Part shown: one piece after another, positions 39,504 to 50,687 of the stretch
How positions within the stretch are numbered: position 1 is the first letter of the stretch
Layout of the letters: every line of letters starts with the position of its first letter
NCBI GenBank assembly: GCA_043228905.1
Contig: JBHGNT010000015.1
Coordinates: 16,678,001 to 16,742,000, forward strand
Length of the DNA: 64,000 nt
Direction: 5' to 3'
Origin: Azolla caroliniana
Lineage: Eukaryota > Plantae > Polypodiophyta
The notes under the pieces: generated by a model
What the model saw: only the letters and a program-made list of their open reading frames with translations
What the model was told of the DNA's origin: nothing
The model's database searches: none
Position numbers and translations under genes: made by a program

Positions 39504-42500
39504 TGATGGAAATAATCGACACTTTCGAAACTTCACCTCTCGGCCACAACCAAGGAAACACACGAATCGTTGTTGCAGAAAATGGGAAATGCAAAGATAA
39601 ATAAGTGGACACACGATTTAACGTGGAAAACCCTGTACGGGAAAAACCACGGGAGTACAAGACTCCGAACCAAAACTATGCACAGAGAAATATACAATGG
39701 CGAGCTGCAAGGCGACGACCTTGAGCTCGCTGTCCTCGCCACAGGCGGCGGAATTACACAGAGGCGTCGACCTCTTCCTCTCTCACGCTCTATCTCTCTC
39801 ACGGCTGCTCTCTCTTCACTCCTCTTGAGTGGAAAAACAGAAAAATGAGTAGCAACATAAAAACTGTTTGCCCTAAGTCATATTTATACACATATGACTT
39901 TAGGGCTATTTACAACTATAGCCTCAAGGGCCCTTGGCAAACATATTCACAGATATGTCCCCGCATCCGGATCTCTCTCCGGGTACATTCGTCATCCGGC
40001 TCCGAAGCCGGGGTCTTCATCATCCGGTTCCGAAACCGCAACCGGGCTTGTCGTCATTCATCTCCGGACATCCGACCATCCCATCCGGAGGGACCGTAAT
40101 CCCAACAAACTCCCCCTTCACTTCGGCATGGGATGTCTCTCCAATCCGATCCTCTTCCGGCATGCTTCCAGCTTGTCGGGTGTGAGCACCTTGGTCAGCA
40201 TATCCGACCCGTTCTCGTCCGTGTGGATCTTCGTCAGCACGAACTCCTTGTCTTCTATCCTTTCCCGGATCCAGTGATATCTTCGCTGGATGTGCTTCGT
40301 CCGGGAGTGATAGGCCGCGTTCTTTGCAAGGTGGATTGCACTCTGACTGTCGCAGTAGAGTCGGTACTCCTCCTGCCGGATACCGAGCTCTCTAATGAAG
40401 TCCTTCATCCATATTATTTCCTTGCCGGCTTCAACAGCCGCCATGTACTCCGCCTCCGTGGTTGACAACGCAACCGTCTTCTGCAGCCTCGACTGCCATG
40501 AAACAGCTCCCCCTGCGTACGTCATCACATACCCTGATGTGGACCGGCTGGTATCTGCATCAGCCGACATATCCGAATCGGTGAAGCCGTCGAGTTCGGG
40601 CTTACCGGAGCCGAATCGGAGGCACACGTTTGCCGTGCCCTTCAGGTATCGGAGTATCCACTTGGCCGCGTTCCAATGCTCTTTGCCGGGATTGCTCATG
40701 TACCGGCTCACCACTCCGACTGCATATCCTATGTCCGGTCGGGTACACACCATTGCGTACATCAAGCTCCCGACGGCACAGGCATATGGTACTTTCATCA
40801 TGTCCTCCTTCTCAGCCTTTGTCTTGGGGCTCTGCTTGCTGGACAGCTTGCAGTTTGCCGGGAGTGTTGACCCGACCGGTCTTGCTTCCGACATGTTGAA
40901 CCGGTGAAGCACCTTTGTCACGTACTTCTCCTGTGACAGCCACAACTGCTTCTTCTTCCGGTCCCGGATGATGTGCATCCCTAGTATTTGCCTCGCCGGA
41001 CCCAGGTCCTTCATTGAGAAGGTTCAGTGAAGAGCCTTCTTCAGCATCCGTATCTTGACCTGGTCTCGTCCGACGATCAACATGTCGTCCACGTATAGGA
41101 GGAGTATTAGAAAGTCTCCTCCTTCGAACTTCTTCACAAACACGCAGTGATCAGACTGCGTTTTGTGGTACCCTTCGTCTGTCATGAAGGAGTCGAACTT
41201 CCGGTACCATTGCCGGGGAGCCTGCTTCAGACCGTAAAGGCTCTTCTTCAACCGGCATACTAGGTGCTCCTTCCCTTTCTTCTCGAATCCTTCCGGTTGC
41301 TGCATGTAGATCTCTTCTTCGAGGTCACCGTGAAGGAATGCCGTCTTCACGTCCATCTGTTCTATCTCGAGGTCCATGCTTGCCGCTATGCTCAGCACCG
41401 TCCGGATGGAGGTCATCTTCACTACCGGGGCAAATATCTCGTCGAAGTCGACGCCCTTCTTCTGCTGAAACCCCTTCACCACGATCCTGGCTTTGTATCT
41501 CGGGGGGTTTCCGGCATCTCCCGGTTTCAGCTTGAACACCCACTTGTTACGGAGTGCCCGTTTTCCTTTCGGCAACTCCACAAGTTCATATGTGTGGTTC
41601 TCATGCAGGGAATCCATCTCCTCCTGCATGGCACTTAACCACCTGCGGCTATGGGTGTCATGCTTCGCTTCTTCAAAGCTCTCCGGCTCCCCCTCGTCGG
41701 TTAGCAGCACGTGCTCTGGTTCCGGAAATCTCCGGGGAGCCCTTCTCTCTCTTAGAGGATATCTCCGTTCCGGAGCTTCGGTAACCGGTTCTTCCGATTC
41801 TTCTTCATCCGAATCCATTTCGGGATCGGGGCCGGTTCCGGTATCATTTTCATCTTCTTCGGCCGGTTCTGTTTCTTCACCGTCTTCGGCCGGATCTTCG
41901 AGTGTTAACCGGTCCCTTGCCGGTCGGGACTGCTCCTCGTAGAGTTTATCCTCACCGGTCGACTTGGAGCTCTTCATCTTCTTCTCCGACTCCCAGTCGG
42001 CGAGTGTCTTGTTCTCCATGAAGATGATATCACGACTCCGGAATATCTTCTTGTCAACCGGATCCCATACTCGGTAGCCGAACTCGTCATCGCCGTAACC
42101 GAGGAATATGCATGGTCGGGTCTTTGGATCTAGCTTTCCTCTCCGGTCCTTTGCCACATGCACGTATGCGAGACACCCGAACACCTTCAGATGCCGGTAG
42201 GATACTTCCCTACCGGTCCACACTCTCTGCGGCGTGTCTCCGTCCAAAGGTACTGAGGGTGATCTGTTTATCACGTATGTCGCCGTTGACATCGCCTCAG
42301 CCCAAAACCCCTTGGGTAATTCCGCATGCGCCAGCATACTCCGGACCCTCTCCATTATGGTCCGGTTCATCCTCTCGGCCAGCCCGTTCAGTTCCGGCGT
42401 CTTCGGCACAGTAAACTCGAGCCGGATTCCCTTCGAGCGACAGTACTCCGCGAACTGCCCCCGGTATTCCCCTCCGTTATCCGCTCGTATCGCTTTCAGC

Positions 42501-44825
42501 TTCTTGCCGGATTCCCTTTCCACTCTCGCGTGGAGTTCTTTGAAGACGCACAACACTTGGTCCTTTGTCTTCAACGGTGCCGTCCACAGCTTCCGGCTGT
42601 GATCATCAATGAATGTTACGAAGTACTGGGCTCCGCCATGTGACTTCGTTTCTACCTGACACACATCAGTGTGCACCAACTCCAATGGTGCGCTACGTCT
42701 CGTCGGTGGCCTTGAGTGGAAGGAGGTTCGGTTCTGCTTACCGGCCAGGCAATCGGTGCACTTCTCCAGGTGCACATGCTTCACTGGAATAAGGTTGTCT
42801 TCTGCAAGCCTCTTCATCCCCTTCTCACTCATGTGGCACAGTCTCTTGTGCCACAGCTCACCGGCAGTGTCGGCTGCCACGTTCAACTCTTCCGGACACA
42901 ACCAGGCATTCATAAGGTACAGTGTGTTGACTTTCCGGGCCCGAGCCACTATCAGGCTCCCCTTGCTGAACTTCATTACGCCGTTCCGGATGCTACCTGA
43001 GTAGCCTTCATCGTCTAGCCTCCCGGCCGAAATCAGGTTCAATCGAACCTCCGGAACGTGTCGGACATCCTTCAGCAGCATTTTGCATCCGGTCGAGGTT
43101 GTCAACCACACGTCTCCTATGCCGGCAATCCGGCACGTACCTTCATTTCCCATCTGAACACAGCCATGCTCACCGACTGTGTAGGATGAGAAGTATCTTC
43201 TCTCCGGGGTCAGGTGGAACGATGCTCCGGAATCGACCACCCAGGTCGTCTCATCGCCGGCAATGTTTAGTTCACCTTCTTCGGTGATGAGCATGATTTC
43301 TTCCTCACTTGCCGCGAGTGCCGTCGTTCCTTTCCGGTCCTACCCTCGCCGATCCGGACCTCTCCGGTCCGTGGCTCCCCGGTATGCACCGTTTCTCTCC
43401 GGTGACTTCTTCGAATCGGTGTCGTCGGCTCCGTTGTCCTTTCGGTAATGCCGACAATTCTTCCGGAAGTGCCCCGGCTTCCCACAGTGGAAGCATGTGG
43501 GTCTTCCTCTTGACTGCGACCGGGTCCCCGACTTCTCCCGTCTTTGCGGACTCCGGTTCCATTGTCTTCCCCGTTCCGATTCGGTAACCAGCGCCTTCGA
43601 GTCGGAGGCCGGTTCTTTATCTCTCCGACGCGCTTCTTCGTTCAAAATACTTGTCTTTACCGTTTGTAGGGACAAGTTATCTTCCGTGCAGGAGGTGCTG
43701 AGAGTCACCACCAAGTTCTCCCAGCTTTCCGGCAATGTACACATCAGAATGATGGCTTGCATTGCATCCTCCAGCGGGAACTTGATCGCCGCAAGCTGGT
43801 TCACGAATCCCATGAACGTGCTTACGTGTTCCACCATACTCTCGCCGTCCCGGTACTTGAGGTTCACTATCTTCCTCATCAGGGAGGTTCGGTTCAACGC
43901 ATTCTTCCTCTCGTAGAGGCCCGACAGCTTCCGCCACATCTCATATGCGTTGATGTCGTTCGCCACATGTTGTAGAACGCTCACGTCGACGTATTGCCGA
44001 ATGGTTGCAACGGCTTTCCGGTTCAGAAGCCTCCATTCCGACTCAAGTACCCCCTTCGGTATTTCCGACCTGTCAATCGGTTCGTACAGGTCCCGAACAA
44101 TCAGAAGATCCTCCATCTTGATCTTCCAGTAGGCGTAATTCTGCGCATTCAGCACCATCATCCCCGGCTGCCCGCTGCCGCCGCCTTCCATTTTCTGCAG
44201 CAGCCTGCTCTGATACCAAATTGATGGAAATAATCGACACTTTCTAAACTTCACCTCTCGGCCACAACCAAGGAAACACACGAATCGTTGTTGCAGAAAA
44301 TGGGAAATGCAAAGATAAATAAGTGGACACACGATTTAACGTGGAAAACCCTGTACGGGAAAAACCACGGGAGTACAAGACTCCGAACCAAAACTATGCA
44401 CAGAGAAATATACAATGGCGAGCTGCAAGGCGACGACCTTGAGCTCGCTGTCCTCGCCACAGGCGGCGGAATTACACAGAGGCGTCGACCTCTTCCTCTC
44501 TCACGCTCTATCTCTCTCACGGCTGCTCTCTCTTCACTCCTCTTGAGTGGAAAAACAGAAAAATGAGTAGCAACATAAAAACTGTTTGCCCTAAGTCATA
44601 TTTATACACATATGACTTTAGGGCTATTTACAACTATAGCCTCAAGGGCCCTTGGCAAACATATTCACAGATATGTCCCCGCATCCGGATCTCTCTCCGG
44701 GTACATTCGTCATCCGGCTCCGAAGCCGGGGTCTTCATCATCCGGTTCCGAAACCGCAACCGGGCTTGTCGTCATTCATCTCCGGACATCCGACCATCCC
44801 ATCCGGAGGGACCGTAATCCCAACA
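39504..44825 (-). mobile_element. Copia element E (Tnt1/Tork-like), very recent
   Basis: 604-bp LTRs 39504-40107 and 44222-44825 (one mismatch seen), TSD AATAC, PBS TGGTATCAGAGC 44207-44218, PPT 40108-40120. Confidence 0.96.
40118..44191 (-). pseudogene. Copia gag-pol of E: single 1358-codon frame with two in-frame stops
   Basis: MEGGG start; CFHCGKPGHFRKNC, DSGAS, IN, YVDD, RTKHI; stops at 43340-43342 (TAG) and 41024-41026 (TGA). Confidence 0.93.
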
Positions 44826-47065
44826 AATACTTCGTGGCATCCTTTCCGCTGAACCGGCCGATCGTACCGACGACCGCCTCAATGGCTCTGTCGAGGCCGC
44901 CGGAGCCCTCGCGTGCGCTCAGTATCCGATCCACGGCCGAAGCCATGGCCTCTGCAAGATCCGACCCTTTCATCTTCTGCTCTTCTGCCGCCTCCTTCAC
45001 GTCGGGTTCACCAAGATGTCGAGGTATTCCTCGCAGATGCGTGGAATGAGGCGGGACCTCGGGGGTCCTGTACCGAAGAGCAAGAGAGAAAGGAGAAGAG
45101 ACCCTCTACGTGCGAGCGTAGATTCACAGGGACACGGCCCTTCGACACAAAGACGCGAGTGGGACAGCGACACAAAGAGACGCGAATGTATGTATGTATG
45201 TAGACAAAACAACAAGAAGCACAAAGTCGGTTACAACCGAACAGGCCGGCGAACAGATGCCGATGCCTATTCGTAAACGCTCCGAAGGAAAGGAGTAGGT
45301 TGGAGGTGCTGCCGGAAGCACTCGAGCATTCCTCAGAGCAGCGCGAGCCTCCCAAAAACCTGCGCAGAAAGAAGCTATGGAGTATGGAAGAGAGAGAAGC
45401 CTTCGGCCGACAACCCGACAACACTTTGTCCTTTCTCTAACTGGGATCCCTTTCCTCCTCCTCGTCTCCCTCCTTTTATAGGCAAGAAGGGAGCCGTTTC
45501 CTATTAACTTCCTACCTACCAAATCTACCTACCTAGGATCTTCCATGTCCCTAATTCTCTCTTATGTACAACATAAGGCGTACGTGCATGAAGAGCCGGT
45601 TCCTATGCTCCGGTGCACCGATTCCGCTTGTGGACGGTTTTCTTCACGACAGCGTAGTGCGGAATCCAGATGTGATAGAATGCACATGCCCCAAGGATCC
45701 TTCGCACCTCAGTGACCGACCTGCAATCATCCTTCATCACGGAGATGGCTTGTACCTTTGCCGGGGACGGCTTTCGGTCGAAAGGCCCGAACAGGTGTCC
45801 GACTACCAGTATCTCCGATTGTCCAAAGGCTGATTTTTCTCCTGAGAAGGTGAGCCACGCGCTCTCGAGTCTTTGTAGCACCTTCTCGCAGTCGCGGATG
45901 TGATCCGTCACGAACCTCCGGCAACCATCGGGCCCGACCAACTCGTCCTTGTCCTCCACCGGACCCCCTTTGATCGGTATGTCGTCTAGAAATGGCATGG
46001 TGATGTCCGGGATGCAATCCCTCAACACCTTGTTCATCGCATTCACCATGTGCGCCACCGAGTTTGTTCCCCATTGCGGTAGGGTACACATCTGAACTAG
46101 GCTGAGAGGAGTCCACATCGTTGTGACATCCCTGCTCTCTACGGCTAGTTGGAACTGATCGTACCTTGAGTACAGGTCCCCGACCGAGTAGATCAACCTC
46201 CTTGGGAAGGCCTCCGCGAACTCATCGATGGTCGGTCTAATACCTGCGTTTGGAATGGTCACCTTCTTGACCGGTTGCAGGTCCTATATGAAGTGCAGTG
46301 TGTTGTTCTTCTTTGGCATGGTACACCACCGATTCGAATATGGAGCACTCGATGGTTCGAGGATGACCATCTCCACCTTCTGTTTCAGCAGCTCCATCAA
46401 CTTCGGGATGTGAGCTCTTGGTACCGGAATCGGTTTGAGATTCCACGGCACATGCGGTACCATGAAGATCACCATTGGTTCCACAACTTTCGGGTCAACG
46501 CACCTGATCTCCTTCGGTGAGAATGCAAAAGCCTTCCCGTGCCTCTCGAGCATTCTCTGAAACTGGTCCTCTTCCGCTGGCAGTAGAAAACCACCCCCAC
46601 CGATCTTGAACTCCTGTAGCGTTATGTCGATGAACGTGTGTCCTATGCTGTCCGGATCTCGTAAACTTGGGTCCGACGCGACCCCCTTTATCCGTAACTC
46701 GTTGTCCTCCAGCAAGGGTGCACAATCTTGTACTTCGTATCCACTCGGGCCGTCTGATCCAACTCGAGTCCACTACCGAAGTCGGCGATGACTTCGTACA
46801 TCTTTTCCAAGCATACCGGAATCTTCCAGTCCTCATTAAGGCCTTCTCCGAACACCTCCCGTAACTTCCCCAAGGTGTCGTCGAAAGAGATTGCCTCCAC
46901 GGCTCCATTGATTTCCTCTTCAGGGCCGAGGACTCCCCATGCCAGAAGTCGCTCCTCTGCCCGCTTCTTTTCCCGGCCAACTACGCCGACTATCGTACAA
47001 CCTCCGCTATCAGAGAACCAAAATTTTCTACCTATGGTACGTGTCTTTTCGCCTATAGTACATCT

Positions 47066-47131
47066 GTGGGGTTTTCCCAAGATGTCCGGACTATCGCGGC
47101 CCCACGCCTTGATAGCCCTCTCTAAAAATCC
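47066..47131 (-). promoter_or_regulatory. Predicted -1 ribosomal frameshift signal of F (also D 37463-37528 minus, C 28283-28348 plus)
   Basis: G GAT TTT, 6-nt spacer, stem GGGCTATC/GATAGTCC, loop GTGGGG complementary to downstream CCCCAC; pol is in the -1 frame. Confidence 0.75.
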
Positions 47132-50016
47132 CCTCGGTTTTCGGCACCGAGGGTCTCACGGTTATGCTCATGTTCGGTCGCACCGTCAGGAACTGGTCTG
47201 AGTGACGCCCATCCTGGCTCTTGACTCGTGCATATGCCAAACCGTTGTCCAACACCTTTGTCTCCATGCGCGCCGCCGTGATGTACGGTTCTCCGAGTAT
47301 CACCAGATGCGAGGACGTCTCCTGCACGAAGAAGTGTTGGTCGATCTCGACATCGCCAATGTTCACTCGCACATTCGGGCAGGCTCCGTGTAGCTCCTCC
47401 GTGGGGCACGTTGCTGCCCGTATCTTCTACCCGTGCTTGGTGTTGATCGGCCACTTTCCCTTCTTGTAGAAGTCCATGGACATCAAGTTGATCTCCGAAC
47501 CATGGTCTACCAATGCCACCACTGGCTCCTGGACGTCCCCGATACGAACAGGGGTTTCCTCGAGTAGTGGCCCTAGCCCAATGTAGCCTCGAGTAGTGGC
47601 TTTCCGCCAATTCATCCTCCAGGGCCATGTCTTCTAGGTGCGTCGTTCGCACCTCCACCGGCTTCTCCGGCTCCAGCTCTGTTGAAAGCCTTTTCTGCTT
47701 CACCAAGTCTACGATGGAGTCGTGGAACTCCTTCTTCGCGATACCGAGCACTTCCCTTAGCGACAGCTCCACTTTGTTGTCGAGGATCTGTTCCTCTAGG
47801 ACCTTTCGTAGGTCCGTGATCCTTTCGATCTCCGTGCTCAACCGATAACCGGCCTTCCTGGCCTTTGTCCGGTGCGCTGGATGCACCTACATCACTCTGC
47901 TTCGGCCCGAACCGGGTCTCATACCATTGTAAGGGTCCGCCCCCCCCGGTCTTTCCCGCTCACTTGTCTTCCACCAGAACCTCGTAGTTCTGGCACGCGA
48001 CTTCCACGAATCCCGTCTTCTCTTCGACCGGGTCACTCCACCCAGTTACCTCCCAGACCCGTCTTTCCACGCGGTTCGCTTCCTCTTCCTTTAGCCTTAC
48101 GCCGGCGAGGCCTTCCAGCATCACCGGTCAGAATCCGACTTCCTTCGTCTTCCGGTCTTCATCGCATCCGACCCGGATTCCAGCCGACACCGAGTAGTGG
48201 ACGGTCTCCGCATGACGAGCTGCCACTTCTTCCATTAGCCGTTTCATACCCCCCCGTCCGACATTCAGATCCAGGGCCCTCCGAGTCTTGCTAGTGTGCA
48301 CCCAACCGTTCCACAGGTACACCATGTTAGCTCTTATCGCTTCGGCGAAGTCCCCGCAGTCCTTTCGGGCGTGGCCGACCGCGTCGCACCACAAGCACCG
48401 GCTCCCAGCCGGAGGCCTTCGGTCACGGACTTGTTCACCGCCGTCCCTCCGTGCTTGCGTGATCTGGAGGTCCCTCACCATCTAAGTCAGCTCCTCCAGA
48501 GCCGCTCCTCCGGACGAGCCTTTGACCATGCCGGTCGATGTCGAGCCGGTCTCGAGCCAGTCTTGAGTCTCTTCCCTTCACGCCGATGGGGGTACCTCGA
48601 CCTTCCTTGTCGCAATAGAACCCACCCCCGTCAAGCCTTTATTGACCCACTCACGCCGTTTGTCAAAACGGCCGCAAACTCTCTTTACCACGGCCCAGTC
48701 GGTTGTTAGGCCGTCATCGGTCTCCAACAGGAAGCCCACTTGCTCCCGGTCCCTTGCGTCCACCGATTTAATGAACAATAGGACACGACTCGTGTCCAGC
48801 ACGGTCCGGCCCAGCACCGAAAGTCGTGCGAAGCGTTCTTCAAACTCCCAAAGGAGCATCGACGCGTTTCTCCCCTTTTCGGGGGTCTCCACCCATTCCA
48901 TGAAGTCCCGCTTCGACAGCCGAAGCGCGTCATCAAGCTCGTATTTTTCAAGAAGCCGACCTTCAAACTCTTCCCAGGTCCGACTCTCAGCCTGTACCTC
49001 AAGCACCTCCACGTGGATGCCCGGCATCGCCACCCGAGGGAATTCGGCCAGTCGCCTGTCCTCCGGGATGTCCCTCATCACCATTTCGGCTCGGTAGGCC
49101 TCCAAATAGCTCGTGGCGTCCTTCCCACCGAACCGGCCTATCGTGCCAACGACCACTTCAATAGCCCTATCGAGGATGCCTGTGCCTTCGTGCGCACTCA
49201 TTATCTGATCCACAGCCGAAGCCATGGCTTCTACAAGATCCGACCCTCTCATCTTTCTATTCCTCTGCCGCGTGTTCACGTCGGGTTCACCAAATATGTC
49301 ACATTGTTACGCGCGTGTGTGGAGAACGAGGTGGGACCACCGGGGCCTCGGACCGAGAAATAACCGAATGAGGGGAGGGGAGGGAAACTAACGATGTAAT
49401 TCACACACGCACGGACCCACAGAATCACAGGAATTGCAACTAGCTACAAAACGCGAGATGGAGACAGAACGAATGTTTATGTATATATAAATCAAGGTGT
49501 TACAACCGGCAAGCTGGCGAGTGATGGGCTTCGACACCCGCACACGCACACACACACACATAGAGAATGCGAGATGGAGGCTCTGTCGGGAGCACTCGGG
49601 CGTCCCGCAGAGCAGAGTCAGCCTCCCGAAACCTGCACAAAACAATTATGGAGACGATAGAGGAGAGGAGAAGCGCTCGGTTCCTGTCCGGCAACACTTC
49701 ATCCCCCACAAGGAAACAACAAAAACCTATTTCTCACTTCTCCCTCTCTTTTATAACCCAAGGAGAGAGGCCATTACCACCCGTTACATCATGTGTATTC
49801 TCTGTCCTTTCGGACAGGGATACGCCTCGATTTTTTCCCTACTGAATGCGTGCTACCTAGGATTTCACCTCAGCCGACTTGTACCTATCTACGTACTATA
49901 CAACAAAACTTGTGCCCACATGTAAGGGCCGGTTTACACACGTTATACTCGGTTTCCGTCTAGGGACGGTTTTCTCCACGACAACGTATAAGGTACTGTC
50001 CCACGGGCGTGCCATG

Positions 50017-50458
50017 TGTTACCCGGCCGACAAAGGAGTTAAAGACCAGAATGTGAAAGGGATTGTTTATTCGGAATCTATTTTAATTAAGTAGTTTATG
50101 AGACGTGAACGGACGGACCGGAATCGGTATGCTGATCCGGATCCGGACCGGTTCCGAACAAGTGCCAGTTGGCACCATTTTGTACTCAGCACTGGTGACC
50201 TATATAAAAGGCCGATTACAATGTAAAACTTTGACGGATAATTAATAGAGCTTCTTGTTTTATCTTTAAGTGTTGATTACCGTTCTGTACTAATTGTTCT
50301 ATCATACGCGTGTATCGAGTCTAATGCCATATTGCTAAGTAACCAATTAAGTCTGATTAATCGTTGTGTCTTAAGTTATCTCGTCGTAACACCCCTTTAG
50401 TGAAGTCTCTTCCGTAGACACCCTGTGTTAGGCCATTGTCCGGCCCTAACGAATAATA
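50017..50458 (+). repeat. 3' LTR of A
   Basis: Matches 6868-7308; followed by GTTAC. Confidence 0.93.
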
Positions 50459-50623
50459 GTTACATAACCTTCTAACAACCTACCCACCATAGAACGTAAT
50501 ATTCGTGTTCGTGGAGGCATCCAAACGTTTGAATACGTTTGGAAACGAACACGTTTGAAAGGAGAAAAATGCATGGTCCTTTTTTTCCCCTTTTTTTTTT
50601 TCTTTTTAAAGATACATTGTCGC

Positions 50624-50626
<3 letters not shown>

Positions 50627-50685
<59 letters not shown>
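50627..50685 (+). repeat. (CT)n microsatellite
   Basis: Seen directly; a (GA)n tract also lies at about 51020-51043. Confidence 0.95.

Positions 50686-50687
<2 letters not shown>

Larger units (their letters stand above)
37519..45000 (-). pseudogene. gag-protease ORF1 of D (interrupted by E)
   Basis: gag start 45000, CMWCDEVGHIRKDC, DHGSEIN, ends REDF*. Confidence 0.85.
33411..45651 (-). mobile_element. Gypsy element D (Trp-primed family) inserted in F
   Basis: LTRs 33411-34053 and 45017-45651 (about 2% diverged); 4-bp TSD GCGT restores F's HYAHV; PBS 44996-45013; PPT at 34054-34066. Confidence 0.93.
32033..49983 (-). mobile_element. Gypsy element F (Trp-primed family), 3'-truncated, interrupted by D
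   Basis: Single 5' LTR 49297-49983; PBS 49275-49292 (-); gag-PR 49279-47122; RT to 45652; resumes 33410-32033 and ends in IN at GKVERGHRPIVKVLVW. Confidence 0.88.
6868..50458 (+). mobile_element. Gypsy LTR retrotransposon A (non-chromovirus, Athila/Tat-like organisation with extra 3' ORF), host of the nest
   Basis: LTRs 6868-7308 and 50017-50458, TSD GTTAC (6863-6867, 50459-50463), PBS, gag-PR-RT-RH-IN order. Confidence 0.93.

Noticed and set aside
31854-49925. Many 60-230 aa antisense and off-frame ORFs
   Set aside because: Shadows of GC-rich gag/pol sequence or LTR read-through; duplicated ORFs simply mark LTR pairs
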